64,000 bases of DNA from Pseudonocardiales bacterium (GTDB lineage: Bacteria > Actinomycetota > Actinomycetes > Mycobacteriales > Pseudonocardiaceae). Positions within the stretch are counted from its first letter, which is position 1, and each line of letters starts with the position of its first letter. A program made the translations under genes and the position numbers. The DNA is taken from contig JAFATA010000012.1 of NCBI GenBank assembly GCA_019244165.1, positions 22,912 through 86,911 on the forward strand, read 5' to 3'. Below, one piece after another: positions 1 through 9,710 of this stretch. The notes under the pieces are model-generated. The model was given only the letters and a program-made list of their open reading frames with translations. It made no database searches and was not told the origin of the DNA.

Positions 1-883
1 GTACCCGCGGCACGCCGTCGGCGTAACCGACCGGAACCAGCGCCAGGGTGGTCTCTCGATCGGTATGCCAGACATGCCCGTATGACACCCCCTCGCCGGC
101 CGGGACGCGTTTGACCATCACGACCTGCGAGCGCAGCGTCATCGCTGGATGAAGATGATAACCGGCCCCGGGTACCGGTGAGAGCCCGTAGATAGCAATA
201 CCGGGACGGACCAGGTCGTAGTGCAGATCAGGCCGGGTCAGCGTGGCCGCGGAGTTCGCGAGGTGCCGCAGCGGTCGCAATCCGGCATCCCGAGCCACCT
301 GGTAGGCCTCGTCGAAGTACCGCACCTGCTGCTCGATAATCGGGTGCCCGGGATCGTCGGCATGCGCGAGGTGCGACCACATCGCGACGACCTCGACGCC
401 CCGGGTAGCCGCCGCAGCATGGACCAGACCGGGCCACTGGCGGCGGTCGGCGCCGCCGCGCCTTAGCCCGGTGTCGACCTTGAGATGCACCCGAGCGGCG
501 CGGCCGAGCGCTGCGGCGGCGGCGACGGTGCTCAGTTGGCTGGTGGAGTAGATGCCGAGCTCGATCCCGGCGGCCAGCGCGGCGACGAAGTCCTCACTGG
601 GAGCGTGCAGCCAGGCCAGCACGGGGGCGTCAATCCCGCCGTGGCGCAGGGCGAGCGCCTCGTCGATGCTGCACACGCCCAACTCGCTGGCTCCCGCTTG
701 CAGCGCCGCCACGGCGACGTCGAGCGCACCATGGCCATAGCCATCGGCCTTGACCACCGCCATGGTGGCGGCGCCGGACGCGGCGGCGCACCCCGCGAGG
801 ATCCTGACGTTGTGCCGGATCGCATCGAGGTCGATCACCACTTCGGCCCGGGGACGGGGGGACGGTGCTGGCGCCGTGCTCAT
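1..883 (-). CDS. alr: alanine racemase (N-terminal part; gene runs off the window start)
   Basis: The minus-strand frame is open from 883 to the window edge. Translation starts MSTAPAPSPPRPRAEVVIDLDAIRHNVRIL...TMAVVKADGYGHG, which contains the PLP-lysine motif of alanine racemase. The ATG at 883 overlaps the nnr stop (ATGA). It is absent from the ORF track because it has no stop inside the window. Confidence 0.85.
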   Translation of the reverse strand, partial: MSTAPAPSPRPRAEVVIDLDAIRHNVRILAGCAAASGAATMAVVKADGYGHGALDVAVAALQAGASELGVCSIDEALALRHGGIDAPVLAWLHAPSEDFVAALAAGIELGIYSTSQLSTVAAAAALGRAARVHLKVDTGLRRGGADRRQWPGLVHAAAATRGVEVVAMWSHLAHADDPGHPIIEQQVRYFDEAYQVARDAGLRPLRHLANSAATLTRPDLHYDLVRPGIAIYGLSPVPGAGYHLHPAMTLRSQVVMVKRVPAGEGVSYGHVWHTDRETTLALVPVGYADGVPRV

Positions 884-2385
884 CCGTACCTCCGGGCCGC
901 CGAACGGAGGGTGCGGATCGCGTCGGTCAGGGCCGCCTGGATCGCCGAGGCCGGCGCTGGCGCACCACTGGGTGAGCCACCCCCGGCGGTGCCGGATGGG
1001 CCGCCCCAGGCGGCGAGGGTGGCGGCGAACTCGTGGGCGTGCGCTGCTGCCCCCGCCGCGGTGACCGGCTCCAGCCGAGCCGCCAGCAACGCGCCGAGCA
1101 CGCCAGTGAGGACATCGCCGGAGCCCGCGGTGGCCGGCCAGGACGAGCGGGCCGGGTTCACCAGCACCTGCCCGTCCGGGGCGGCGATGATGGTGGTATT
1201 TCCCTTGAGCACCAGCACCGCGTCGAACCGGCGAGCGGCGTCCCGGGCAGCCGTGACCCGATCGGTGCCGGGCGGGGCGCCGGTGAGCCGCTCGAACTCC
1301 CGATCGTGCGGCGTGAGGACCAGCGGGGTGCCCGGGTCACGGCTGTCCGCCAGCTCGGGGTGCCGGGCCAGCAGGGTGATCGCATCGGCGTCGGCCACCA
1401 CCGGCACCCCCGCAGCCAGCACGTGGGACAGCACGTGGCGCCCGGCGGTGCCGGTGCCTAATCCCGGCCCGACGGCCCAGGCCTGCACCTTCCCCGCGTC
1501 GGACACCGACCCGGTGGCCACAACCTCGGGCCAGCGCCCGCGCACCACGTCAGCGGCCGTGCCAGCGAAGCGAACCATGCCCGAGGTCGCCAGCACCGCG
1601 GCTCCCGCACACAGCACCGCCGCCCCGGGGTAGTCCGCCGAACCCGCGGCGATTCCCACCACGCCTTGGGTGTACTTGTCGCTGGTCGGGCCCGGCACTG
1701 GCCACAGCGCACCGATCTCGGGCGCGGTGAGCACCCGCAGATCGGGCTCCCCCAGCCCATCGAGCAACCCGATGTCCACCAGGTGCACCGGGCCGCAGCG
1801 CCAGGGGGCGAGCAGGTGCACCGGCTTACGGGCGCCGAAGGTGACGGTCTCGGTAGCGGTGACCGCGGGGCCCTGCGCGGTGCCGGTGTCCGGGTCCACC
1901 CCGGACGGGGAGTCCACCGCAATGATCGGCACCCGGACCGCCTCCACTAGCGCCGCGGCCGCCGGGCGCAGCGCGCCGTGGCCGGCGAGCCCGACAATCC
2001 CGTCAAGCACCAGGTGGGCACGCTGCGGCAGCTGCTCGGCGATCCGCCCACCAGCTCGGCGCAGCGCGGCCAGGCCCTGCGGGTGCGCCCGCTCTGGAGA
2101 CAGCAGCACAGCGGTGACCACCACCCCCCGGCGGCGCAAGAACGCGCCCGCCCACAGCGTGTCCCCGCCGTTGTTTCCGGCCCCGACCAGCAGCACAACG
2201 TGCCGGCCGGACACCCCGCCGGTTCGCTCGGCCAGTACCGCCGCAGCCCGGGTGGCCACCCCGAACGCGGCGCGGCGCATCAGGACACTCTCCGGCACGC
2301 GCCCGAGCAGGGCGTCCTCAGCGGCACGCACCCGGGCCACTGTCCACGCCCCTGGTGAATGCAACACAGTGTTACTGCGCTTCAT
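880..2385 (-). CDS. nnr: bifunctional NAD(P)H-hydrate epimerase / ADP-dependent dehydratase (YjeF/Nnr)
   Basis: 501-aa ORF. It has the N-terminal YjeF-N motif LLVGAGNNGGDTLWAG and a C-terminal kinase-like part with GPGLGTG and AGSGDVLTG. It overlaps alr by 4 bp. Confidence 0.85.
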   Translation of the reverse strand: MKRSNTVLHSPGAWTVARVRAAEDALLGRVPESVLMRRAAFGVATRAAAVLAERTGGVSGRHVVLLVGAGNNGGDTLWAGAFLRRRGVVVTAVLLSPERAHPQGLAALRRAGGRIAEQLPQRAHLVLDGIVGLAGHGALRPAAAALVEAVRVPIIAVDSPSGVDPDTGTAQGPAVTATETVTFGARKPVHLLAPWRCGPVHLVDIGLLDGLGEPDLRVLTAPEIGALWPVPGPTSDKYTQGVVGIAAGSADYPGAAVLCAGAAVLATSGMVRFAGTAADVVRGRWPEVVATGSVSDAGKVQAWAVGPGLGTGTAGRHVLSHVLAAGVPVVADADAITLLARHPELADSRDPGTPLVLTPHDREFERLTGAPPGTDRVTAARDAARRFDAVLVLKGNTTIIAAPDGQVLVNPARSSWPATAGSGDVLTGVLGALLAARLEPVTAAGAAAHAHEFAATLAAWGGPSGTAGGGSPSGAPAPASAIQAALTDAIRTLRSAARRYG

Positions 2386-2396
2386 GCCGTGTATGG

Positions 2397-4250
2397 CTAC
2401 TCGACGGTGACGGATTTGGCGAGGTTGCGGGGCTTGTCTACATCGTAGCCGCGTTGCCGGGCGATCTCCGCGGCGAGCACCTGCAGGGGCACGGTGGACA
2501 CCAGCGGCTGGAGCAGGGTGGGCACCGCGGGCACCTCCAGCAGGTGTGAGGCATAGGGTCGCACTGTCTCGTCGCCCTCCTCGGCGATGACGATGGTCCG
2601 CGCGCCGCGGGCCCGGATCTCCTGGATGTTGGACAGCAGCTTGGCGTGCAGCACAGCCCGCCCCTTGGGGGAAGGCATCACCACGACCACCGGCAGGCCC
2701 TCCTCCAACAGGGCGATCGCGCCGTGCTTGAGCTCTCCGGCGGCGAAGCCCTCGGCGTGCATGTAGGCGAGTTCTTTGAGCTTGAGTGCACCCTCCAAGG
2801 CCACCGGGAAGCCGACATGACGGCCCAGGAACAGCACCACCTTGGCGGGTGCAAGCTCGCGGCCTAGCTCGCGGACCTGCTCCACGGTGCCGAGCACCTG
2901 TGCCACCGCCGCAGGCATCGCCTCCAGCTCGGCGAACTCGCGGGCCACCTCGTCGGAGTACTTGGTGCCGCGAGCCTGCGCCAACGCCAACCCGACCAGG
3001 AAGTTAGCCACGATCTGGGCGAGGAACGTCTTGGTGGCGGCTACCCCGATCTCCGGCCCGGCGTGGGTGTAGAGCACCGCGTCGGACTCCCGCGGGATCT
3101 GCGCCCTGTTGGTGTTGCAGATCGCCAGCACCCGGGCCTTCTGCTCGCGCGCGCGGCGCACCGCCTCCAAGGTGTCCATCGTCTCCCCGGACTGCGAGAT
3201 CGCGACCACCAGGGTGCAGCGGTCTAACACTGGGTCGCGGTACCGGAACTCACTGGCCAGCTCGACTTCCACCGGCAGGCGGCACCAGTGCTCGATGGCG
3301 TATTTGGCGACCATGCCGGAGTGGTACGCGCTCCCGCAGGCAATCACGAAGACCTTGTCGACGTCCCGCAGTTCCTGGGTGTCCATCCGCTGCTCGTCCA
3401 GCACGATGCGGCCGTCAATGAAGTGCCCCCGAAGGGTGTTAGCAATGGCACTGGGTTGTTCCTGGATCTCCTTGAGCATGAAGTAGTCGTGGCCGCCCTT
3501 CTCCGCCGCGGAGAAGTCCCAATCGACGTGAAACGGTCTGCCGCTCGCGGGGGCGCCGTGGAAATCAGTGATCTGGTAGCTGTCCCGGGTAATCGTCACC
3601 ACCTGGTCCGGGCCGAGCTCGACGGCCTCGCGGGTGTGCTCGATGAACGCCGCGACGTCGGAGGCGACGAAGTGCTCCCCCTCACCCACTCCCAGCACCA
3701 GGGGCGAGGAGCGGCGCGCCGCGACGATCAGGTCGGGCTCGTCGGCGTGGCTGACGACGAGGGTGAACGCCCCGGAGAGCCGGCGGCACACCAGCCGCAG
3801 CGCCATCGGCAGGTCACCACAGCGCGCGTAGGCCGCAGCGAGCAGATGCGCGGCGGTCTCGGTGTCGGTGTCACTGGCCAGCTCCACGCCGTCGCGCTCC
3901 AACTCGGCACGCAGCTGGGCGTGGTTCTCGATGATCCCGTTGTGCACCACGGCGAGCCGGCCTGCGGTGTCGCAGTGCGGGTGGGCGTTGCGATCGGTCG
4001 GCGCACCGTGAGTGGCCCAACGGGTATGCCCCATCCCCACGGTGCCGCGCAACACCGCCCGCCCGGTGGCGTCGATCTCGTTGATCAAGTAGGCCAGTGG
4101 TCCGGCCTTGCGCGCCACCGCAAGCCCGCCGACACTGGTGAGCACCGCGACACCGGCAGAGTCATAGCCGCGGTATTCCAGCCGGCCCAGACCGCGCAGG
4201 ACGACGTCGAGGGCGTCCCGACGTCCGACGTAACCCACGATTCCGCACAT
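2397..4250 (-). CDS. glmS: glutamine--fructose-6-phosphate aminotransferase
   Basis: 617-aa ORF starting MCGIVGYVG (Ntn cysteine), with SIS-domain sequence, ending ...PRNLAKSVTVE as GlmS proteins do. Confidence 0.97.
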   Translation of the reverse strand: MCGIVGYVGRRDALDVVLRGLGRLEYRGYDSAGVAVLTSVGGLAVARKAGPLAYLINEIDATGRAVLRGTVGMGHTRWATHGAPTDRNAHPHCDTAGRLAVVHNGIIENHAQLRAELERDGVELASDTDTETAAHLLAAAYARCGDLPMALRLVCRRLSGAFTLVVSHADEPDLIVAARRSSPLVLGVGEGEHFVASDVAAFIEHTREAVELGPDQVVTITRDSYQITDFHGAPASGRPFHVDWDFSAAEKGGHDYFMLKEIQEQPSAIANTLRGHFIDGRIVLDEQRMDTQELRDVDKVFVIACGSAYHSGMVAKYAIEHWCRLPVEVELASEFRYRDPVLDRCTLVVAISQSGETMDTLEAVRRAREQKARVLAICNTNRAQIPRESDAVLYTHAGPEIGVAATKTFLAQIVANFLVGLALAQARGTKYSDEVAREFAELEAMPAAVAQVLGTVEQVRELGRELAPAKVVLFLGRHVGFPVALEGALKLKELAYMHAEGFAAGELKHGAIALLEEGLPVVVVMPSPKGRAVLHAKLLSNIQEIRARGARTIVIAEEGDETVRPYASHLLEVPAVPTLLQPLVSTVPLQVLAAEIARQRGYDVDKPRNLAKSVTVE

Positions 4251-4302
4251 GAGGCGTCACGCTAGACCACCGGGCTGCACGCGATCCGATACCGTCCGGC
4301 TC

Positions 4303-5109
4303 ATGGCACGCACCGATCACGCGCTCCGCCGTATAACGCAGGGCCGTATAGCGCAGGAGCTGTCCCGGCCGGGTCCCCATGCGGTGGCCCGCGGTGATCT
4401 CGCGGCGGCCGGGATACCCGGGGTGGTGTTCACGCCGCGCTCCGGGCAGGGACTGCCCGCCCTGGCGTTCGGGCACGGCTGGCTGCAGCCGACGTCACGC
4501 TACGAAGAGTTGCTGCGTCACCTGGCCACCTGGGGTGTGGTCGCGGCAGCGCCGGCCACCCAGCGCGGTGCGTTGGCCTCGCACGGTGAGCTTGCCGACG
4601 ATCTGCGCACCGTGCTGGACGTGTGCGCCGGGGCGCGACTGGGCGAGGGCGCGATCATCGTCGATCCCGACAAGCTGGGGCTGGCTGGGCACGGGATGGG
4701 CGGCGGCGCCGCGGTCCTCGCGGCGGCCGCCGACGGCCGTTGCCGGGCGGTGGCCACGCTGGCGGTGGCCGAGACGCTGCCCTCAGCGGTGGCCGCCGCG
4801 AGCGGCTGCACCATGCCGGGTCTGCACGTGGCCGGCGGCAAGGACCTGCTGGCGCCGCCGCTCGGGCATGCCGAGCTGGTGAGCAGGGCGTGGGCTGGTC
4901 CCGTGCAGCTGCGAACGCTGCCCAAGGCCAGCCATCTCGGCTTCACTGCGGGCCAGCACTGGACGGACCTGCTCCTGGGCAGCGGACCGGAAGGCGCAAC
5001 CCGGCGGACCAGCCGCGCGCTGCTCACCGCGTTCTTCTTGCGTCACCTTACCGAGGTCACCGAGACTGAGGCCGCCGACTACGATGAGTTGCTAGCGCAA
5101 CCCCAGTAG
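4303..5109 (+). CDS. alpha/beta hydrolase fold protein (dienelactone hydrolase/chlorophyllase-like) with the nucleophile Ser replaced by Gly
   Basis: ORF 4249..5109. The ATG at 4303 (MARTDH...) avoids overlapping the divergent glmS start. The nucleophile elbow reads LAGHGMGGG instead of GHSxG. The Asp (GGKDLLAP) and His (KASHLGF) regions are retained. Confidence 0.7.
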   Translation: MARTDHALRRITQGRIAQELSRPGPHAVARGDLAAAGIPGVVFTPRSGQGLPALAFGHGWLQPTSRYEELLRHLATWGVVAAAPATQRGALASHGELADDLRTVLDVCAGARLGEGAIIVDPDKLGLAGHGMGGGAAVLAAAADGRCRAVATLAVAETLPSAVAAASGCTMPGLHVAGGKDLLAPPLGHAELVSRAWAGPVQLRTLPKASHLGFTAGQHWTDLLLGSGPEGATRRTSRALLTAFFLRHLTEVTETEAADYDELLAQPQ

Positions 5110-5190
5110 TGTGACGAGGCGAGTCTCCCAGCGAGCAATGCCTTATACTGAGAGTAAGGGAGGGGCGCCGCGCTTGCCGAGGGAGACACC

Positions 5191-5289
5191 ATGACTATTG
5201 CTTGGGTCATGTTACTCATACTGTGGATTGCGATCGTCGTATTCGTCGTAGGGGCGGTTGCGTTCATGTTCAGATCGGCCGGACGGTAG
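5191..5289 (+). CDS. candidate 32-aa hydrophobic peptide (MTIAWVMLLILWIAIVVFVVGAVAFMFRSAGR)
   Basis: ATG preceded by GAGGGAG at about -12 to -6. It has one predicted TM helix with a basic C-terminus and AT-rich codons. It is too short for the ORF track. Support comes only from the SD sequence plus composition. Confidence 0.3.
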   Translation: MTIAWVMLLILWIAIVVFVVGAVAFMFRSAGR

Positions 5290-5980
5290 CCTGTAACGGG
5301 TTCGTGTTCGCTTCGCACTCGGCCGCGCTGATCGACCTCCTCGGCAATCGGCCGGCTTTTGACTGGACGTTCCTCGCCTCTTGGATCCACCACGGAGCCC
5401 TGCCGACCCCGGGCACCCCGTTCGTAGGAGTGCGACAAGTGCGCCCTGGCGCGCTGTTATGGATCGACGACTCCGGGCAGAGTGAACGCTTCTACTGGAA
5501 TCCGTTCCGCGTCGCGTCAGAGCCCGATGATCTGCCGTGCAGTGGGCAAATGAGAGAAACCTTCGAGGCATGCGTCACGGTGTGGACACATGAGGCGCGA
5601 CGGGTGTTGGTGGACCTGTCCGGTGGCCTAGATTCCTCGGCGGTGGCCTGGGCCGGCCGTGACCACCCCGCCGCCGTGGCCGCCTACCTCGACTGCGGCA
5701 CGATGGCGTGCGCTGACGAGTACGGCTTGCCGTGCTCCCCGAACGCGTCGTCACCCGGCAGGAGAAGGGGGACTATACGGGGATGTACCAGCTCGGATTG
5801 CGGCGCAACTTTCAGGCGGCGAAAGAACTCATCGTCGACGGGTACGCCGCGTCCGCGGGAGTTATCGACGCCACGTCAGCGATCGACAATCTGAAGGCCT
5901 CGGCGCTCGGTCACAGTCAAAAGATGTGGCCGCTGTTACAACTCCTCGCCGTGGAATCGTGGTGCCGCGCGTGGTCGTGA
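5285..5980 (+). pseudogene. remnant of an asparagine-synthetase-like lasso-peptide cyclase (truncated, internally deleted, frameshifted)
   Basis: Frame of ORF 5202..5894 reads ...NGFVFASHSAALIDLLG...FVGVRQVRPGALLWID...VLVDLSGGLDSSAV (PP-loop SGGxDS). The homology is lost after about 170 aa. A second frame (5732..5980) holds a typical C-terminal end: QEKGDYTGMYQLGLRRNF...[16 protein letters not shown]. Full-length enzymes are about 600 aa. Confidence 0.6.
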
Positions 5981-5990
5981 TCTCCAGGGA

Positions 5991-6884
5991 TCACGGGTCC
6001 GACGGGCGGAACGTAGACAGCGTCACCGCCACGGTGGTCGGCATGGGGTTGGGAAGCTGCGCGATGCGCCCGGCGAGGGCATCGGGGTTGACATGCCGCG
6101 CACTCGGTCCCATCGCGACGACCGCCGCGATGCCCTTATGATCAAGTCTCAGCGTCGAGCGGTGCTCCCACCGCTCGACAAGATTGAAACAAGGTGTCAA
6201 CTTCTCGGCAAGTCGCTCGTCCTTACGCTCGTCGATCGTCAGCAGGCCAAGCGGTTGAACGAACTCACCAAGATGATCGCGGGTCGGAGTGACGACCAAG
6301 AGGCGACCAGCGGGGTTGATGATTCGGCGCAACTCAGCCCCGTTGCGCGGAGCGAAAATGTTCAACAGGACCACAGCCGCGGAATCAACAACCGGCAAAA
6401 GGCGCCACACGTCGCAGGCGACCGCGCCAATTCGCTCATGGGCGCGCGCCGCCCGGCGAAGGGCGAACTTCGAGGAGTCCAAGGCCAACCCCACCCGGTC
6501 GGGGAGGCGATCAACCACGGCCGCAAGGTAGTACCCGGTGCCTGCGCCCACATCGATAACGCACCCCTCGGCCTCCAGCGTGGCCACCACCTCAGCGGCG
6601 GCACGCGCGAGCTCGGCAGCGATACCCGCGTAATGGCCTGCCGCAAGAAAGTCGGCTCGTGCCTGGACCATCGCCGCGCTATCGCCGTGTTCTCCTCGAG
6701 CCCCGGCGGGCAGCAAGCTGACATAGCCCTGACGCGCGATGTCGAACACGTGCCCGGCCGCACAGCGAAGCAATCCACCATCACGGCAGACACGCACACC
6801 GCAATACGGACACCTCAGGTAGCGGATCACGTCGTCGAGCACGCCTGCATTCTCACCCAGGCCATCGCGGTGCCCGGTTATAAC
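5991..6884 (-). CDS. 23S rRNA (guanine-N1)-methyltransferase, RlmA/TlrB-like
   Basis: It has the N-terminal Zn-ribbon LRCPYCGVRVCRDGGLLRCAAGHVFDIARQGYVSLL followed by the SAM motif VIDVGAGTGYY. The track ORF starts at 6944, inside glmM. The GTG at 6884 lies just after the glmM stop. Confidence 0.75.
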   Translation of the reverse strand, partial: VITGHRDGLGENAGVLDDVIRYLRCPYCGVRVCRDGGLLRCAAGHVFDIARQGYVSLLPAGARGEHGDSAAMVQARADFLAAGHYAGIAAELARAAAEVVATLEAEGCVIDVGAGTGYYLAAVVDRLPDRVGLALDSSKFALRRAARAHERIGAVACDVWRLLPVVDSAAVVLLNIFAPRNGAELRRIINPAGRLLVVTPTRDHLGEFVQPLGLLTIDERKDERLAEKLTPCFNLVERWEHRSTLRLDHKGIAAVVAMGPSARHVNPDALAGRIAQLPNPMPTTVAVTLSTFRPSDP

Positions 6885-6891
6885 CGACCCC

Positions 6892-8241
6892 TCAGTGGGC
6901 AGCGGCGACGATCGTGGCGATGCGGTGCGCGACGGTCCGGGCAATGGATTCGGTGGGGGCTTCCACCATCACCCGCACCAGTGGTTCGGTTCCCGAGGGA
7001 CGCAGCAGGATACGGCCGGTCTCGCCCAGTTCGGCCTCGGCACGGGCAACGGCGGCGGTAACCTCTGGCGCCGCCACGACCGCCATCCGATCCGCGACCG
7101 CGATGTTGACCAGCACCTGCGGCAGCCGAGTCAGCACACCGGCCAGATCCGCCAGGCTCCGTCCCGAGCTGACCATCCGGGCCATCAGTCGCAACGCGGT
7201 GAGCAACCCGTCGCCCGTGGTGGCGTAGCTCGGGAGCACCACATGCCCGGACTGCTCGCCGCCCAGCGTGAACCCCCCCGCCATCAGCGCTTCCAGCACG
7301 TACCGGTCCCCTACCGGGGTGGTCTTGACCACCACGCCGTGCTCGCGCATCGTCCGGTGCAACCCCAGGTTGCTCATCACGGTGGCGACCAAGGTGTTCT
7401 CGACCAGCTCACCGCACTCCCGCATGGCCAGCGCGAGAATGGCCATGATCTGGTCGCCGTCCACCACCGCACCGGTGGCGTCCACGGCCAGGCAGCGGTC
7501 GGCGTCGCCATCATGCGCGATACCGATCGCCGCGCGCTGCGCCAAGACCACCTCCCGCAGCTGGTCCAGATGCGCGGACCCGCAGCTATCGTTGATGTTG
7601 AGGCCGTCGGGCTGAGCGTGCAGCGTCACCACCTCGGCGCCGGCCCTGCGGTAGGCCTGGGCAGCGACGACGGACGCCGCGCCGTGCGCGCAGTCCACCA
7701 CCACGCCCAGCCCCTGCAGCGGCTGCGGGGCGGCTCGCAGCAGATGATCCACATAGTGCCCGGCGGCTTCCGGCACATCACGCACCCGACCGATCCGGGC
7801 TCCGGTAGGACGCTCGACGCCCGTGTCGTTCACCCGAGCGGCGATCTGGTCCTCCACCGCGTCGGGAAGTTTGTGGCCGCCAGCGGCGAAGAGCTTGATC
7901 CCGTTGTCGGGCATCGGGTTGTGGGAAGCGGAGATCATCACGCCGAGGTCTGCGGAGTACGCGCCCACCAGGTGGGCAATCGCTGGGGTGGGCACTACCC
8001 CGACCTGCAGCACGTCAGCGCCCGCGGAGGTCAGACCAGCGGTGACAGCCGCCTGGAGCATCTCGCCACTGGCCCGCGGGTCCCGGCCTACCACGGCGAG
8101 CGGGCGATGCCCCAGACCATGCTCGGCAAGCACCTGGGCCGCCGCAGCGGACAACGCCAACGCCAGCTCGGGGGTGAGTTCAGAGTTGGCCAGCCCCCGC
8201 ACCCCGTCGGTGCCAAACAGGCGCCGGGTCAAGGCGTGCAA
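6892..8241 (-). CDS. glmM: phosphoglucosamine mutase
   Basis: 449-aa ORF with FGTDGVRG near the N-terminus, the phosphoserine loop [13 protein letters not shown], and GDGDADR. Confidence 0.97.
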   Translation of the reverse strand: MHALTRRLFGTDGVRGLANSELTPELALALSAAAAQVLAEHGLGHRPLAVVGRDPRASGEMLQAAVTAGLTSAGADVLQVGVVPTPAIAHLVGAYSADLGVMISASHNPMPDNGIKLFAAGGHKLPDAVEDQIAARVNDTGVERPTGARIGRVRDVPEAAGHYVDHLLRAAPQPLQGLGVVVDCAHGAASVVAAQAYRRAGAEVVTLHAQPDGLNINDSCGSAHLDQLREVVLAQRAAIGIAHDGDADRCLAVDATGAVVDGDQIMAILALAMRECGELVENTLVATVMSNLGLHRTMREHGVVVKTTPVGDRYVLEALMAGGFTLGGEQSGHVVLPSYATTGDGLLTALRLMARMVSSGRSLADLAGVLTRLPQVLVNIAVADRMAVVAAPEVTAAVARAEAELGETGRILLRPSGTEPLVRVMVEAPTESIARTVAHRIATIVAAAH

Positions 8242-8244
8242 TGG

Positions 8245-8721
8245 CTAACGCTTCGAGTACTGGGGAGCCTTGCGCGCTTTCTTCAGCCCGTATTTCTTGC
8301 GCTCTTTAGCTCTGGCGTCGCGGGTGAGAAAGCCGGACTTCTTCAGCGCCGGGCGGTCATCACCGTTGAGCTCGACCAGCGCCCGGGCAATGGCCAGTCG
8401 CAGTGCGCCAGCCTGACCGGAGATACCGCCGCCGGAGAGGTTGCCCAGGACGTCGTAGCTCTCGAGCTTGTTGACGGTCAGCAGGGGCTCCCGGATCAGC
8501 TGTTGGTGCACCTTGTTCGGGAAGTACTGCTCCAGGCTGGCGCCATTGAGCGTGAACATACCGGTGCCCGGCGCTAGGCGCACCCGCACGATCGCCGTCT
8601 TGCGGCGACCGACGGCCTGCACGAGCTGGCCGCTGGGCATCGGCATCGCCAGCACGAGCGGGACCGGCGCAACAGCGGTATCCGACCCGGCCTCGGGTTG
8701 CGGCATCTGCGGAGTGGTCAC
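8245..8721 (-). CDS. rpsI: 30S ribosomal protein S9
   Basis: It contains [12 protein letters not shown]... and ends ...[12 protein letters not shown]. It sits directly downstream of rplM. Confidence 0.95.
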   Translation of the reverse strand: MTTPQMPQPEAGSDTAVAPVPLVLAMPMPSGQLVQAVGRRKTAIVRVRLAPGTGMFTLNGASLEQYFPNKVHQQLIREPLLTVNKLESYDVLGNLSGGGISGQAGALRLAIARALVELNGDDRPALKKSGFLTRDARAKERKKYGLKKARKAPQYSKR

Positions 8722-8772
8722 GGTGTCCGTCGGGTCCTTACGGGAAGAATAATCACTGTGGCTGATACGCGG

Positions 8773-9246
8773 TCACTGGGTGGTCTGGCAGTGGGTGATC
8801 TGGCACTGGGTGATCTGGGTGATCCGGAACGACGCTGGCTGCTGGGCGGCGTGGGGGTGGTCGGGGGTGGCATAGACCTTGAGTTTGCGAGCCATTGCCC
8901 GGCCCAGGGCGTTCTTCGGGAGCATGCCCTTGATGGACCGCTCCACCAGCCGCTCCGGTCGGGTGGCGAGCATCTCGGCGAACGAGCGCCGTTTGAGCCC
9001 ACCAGGATACCCGCTGTGCCGGTAGACGAAGCTGCGATCGCCTTTGTTGCCCGACAGCGCCACCTTACCCGCGTTGACGATCACCACAAAGTCGCCGGTG
9101 TCAACATGCGGGGCGTAGGTCGGCTTGTGCTTGCCACGCAGCAGCATGGCGGCCTGACTGGCCAGCCGGCCCAGCACCACGTCCGTGGCATCGATGACAT
9201 GCCAGGCGCGCTGGATTTCGCCCGGCTTAGGGCTGTACGTGCGCAC
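8773..9246 (-). CDS. rplM: 50S ribosomal protein L13 with a short repeat-encoded C-terminal tail
   Basis: [30 protein letters not shown]...[11 protein letters not shown] is canonical L13. The tail ...[18 protein letters not shown] is encoded by three 15-bp repeats. Confidence 0.95.
   Translation of the reverse strand: MRTYSPKPGEIQRAWHVIDATDVVLGRLASQAAMLLRGKHKPTYAPHVDTGDFVVIVNAGKVALSGNKGDRSFVYRHSGYPGGLKRRSFAEMLATRPERLVERSIKGMLPKNALGRAMARKLKVYATPDHPHAAQQPASFRITQITQCQITHCQTTQ
8774..8818 (-). repeat. 3 x 15-bp tandem repeat inside the rplM 3' end
   Basis: Plus-strand units are cactgggtggtctgg / cagtgggtgatctgg / cactgggtgatctgg, followed by a partial unit gtgatccgg. Confidence 0.7.
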
Positions 9247-9366
9247 GGACCTACCTCATGATCGCAGTTCGCGGACTTCGTCGGGGCGCCGGTGCGGCGT
9301 AGCAACATCCGCACAGCAGGAGGCACACGATACCGGCCGCCAGGGGACACGGTCAAAACGGCGTCG

Positions 9367-9386
9367 CCGCCGGGTAGGCCCGGCGG
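9367..9386 (-). terminator. weak candidate stem-loop downstream of the esx pair
   Basis: ccgccggg / tagg / cccggcgg (8-bp GC stem), 16 nt after the stop at 9402. On the minus strand a TTTT run follows only after about 8 nt, so terminator function is uncertain. Confidence 0.3.
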
Positions 9387-9401
9387 GACAGGATGGTTCT
9401 C

Positions 9402-9710
9402 CTACCACCGCCACCGGTTCGCTTCTTCACCGGCCCGGTAGTTCTCGTTCGACGTGCCCAGCGCCACGCCGATCTGGTTCAGCACCTGATTCAGGTCCTT
9501 CGCCGACTGGTCCCACTGTGCTTGAAGGGTCTGGTAGGCGATCGACGCGTCGCCGGTCCAGGTATTCGCCATCGGTTTCAGGTAGCTCTTGAGTTCTTCC
9601 AGCTCCTGGCTGATATTCTTCCACGTCGTCATAATCGATTTTCGGGCGCTTTCAAGCTCGCCGAATGTGACCAGGATCGTGCCATCACTCACGGGTCTGT
9701 CGCCTTCCAC
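9402..9710 (-). CDS. WXG100-family (Esx) protein with a C-terminal YxxxE motif
   Basis: About 100 aa and helical, with the WxG motif in ...MANTWTGDASIAY... and C-terminal NENYRAGEE (YxxxD/E export-signal type). The alternative GTG start at 9692 (VSDGTILVTFGEL) is also plausible. Confidence 0.8.
   Translation of the reverse strand: MEGDRPVSDGTILVTFGELESARKSIMTTWKNISQELEELKSYLKPMANTWTGDASIAYQTLQAQWDQSAKDLNQVLNQIGVALGTSNENYRAGEEANRWRW

Noticed and set aside
485-1633. 382-aa plus-strand ORF overlapping alr and nnr
   Set aside because: It is antisense to two well-supported genes. The product is Arg/Ala/Gly/Pro-rich with no recognisable motifs, the typical shadow ORF of high-GC DNA.
4251-4302. 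Looked for a glmS ribozyme or other leader upstream of glmS
   Set aside because: The spacer to the divergent gene is only about 50 nt, and I saw nothing resembling the glmS ribozyme core. The ribozyme is not expected in this phylum.
6895-8577. 560-aa plus-strand ORF
   Set aside because: It is antisense to glmM and rpsI. Its composition is low-complexity Gly/Arg/His/Gln, and the real genes on the other strand have clear motifs.
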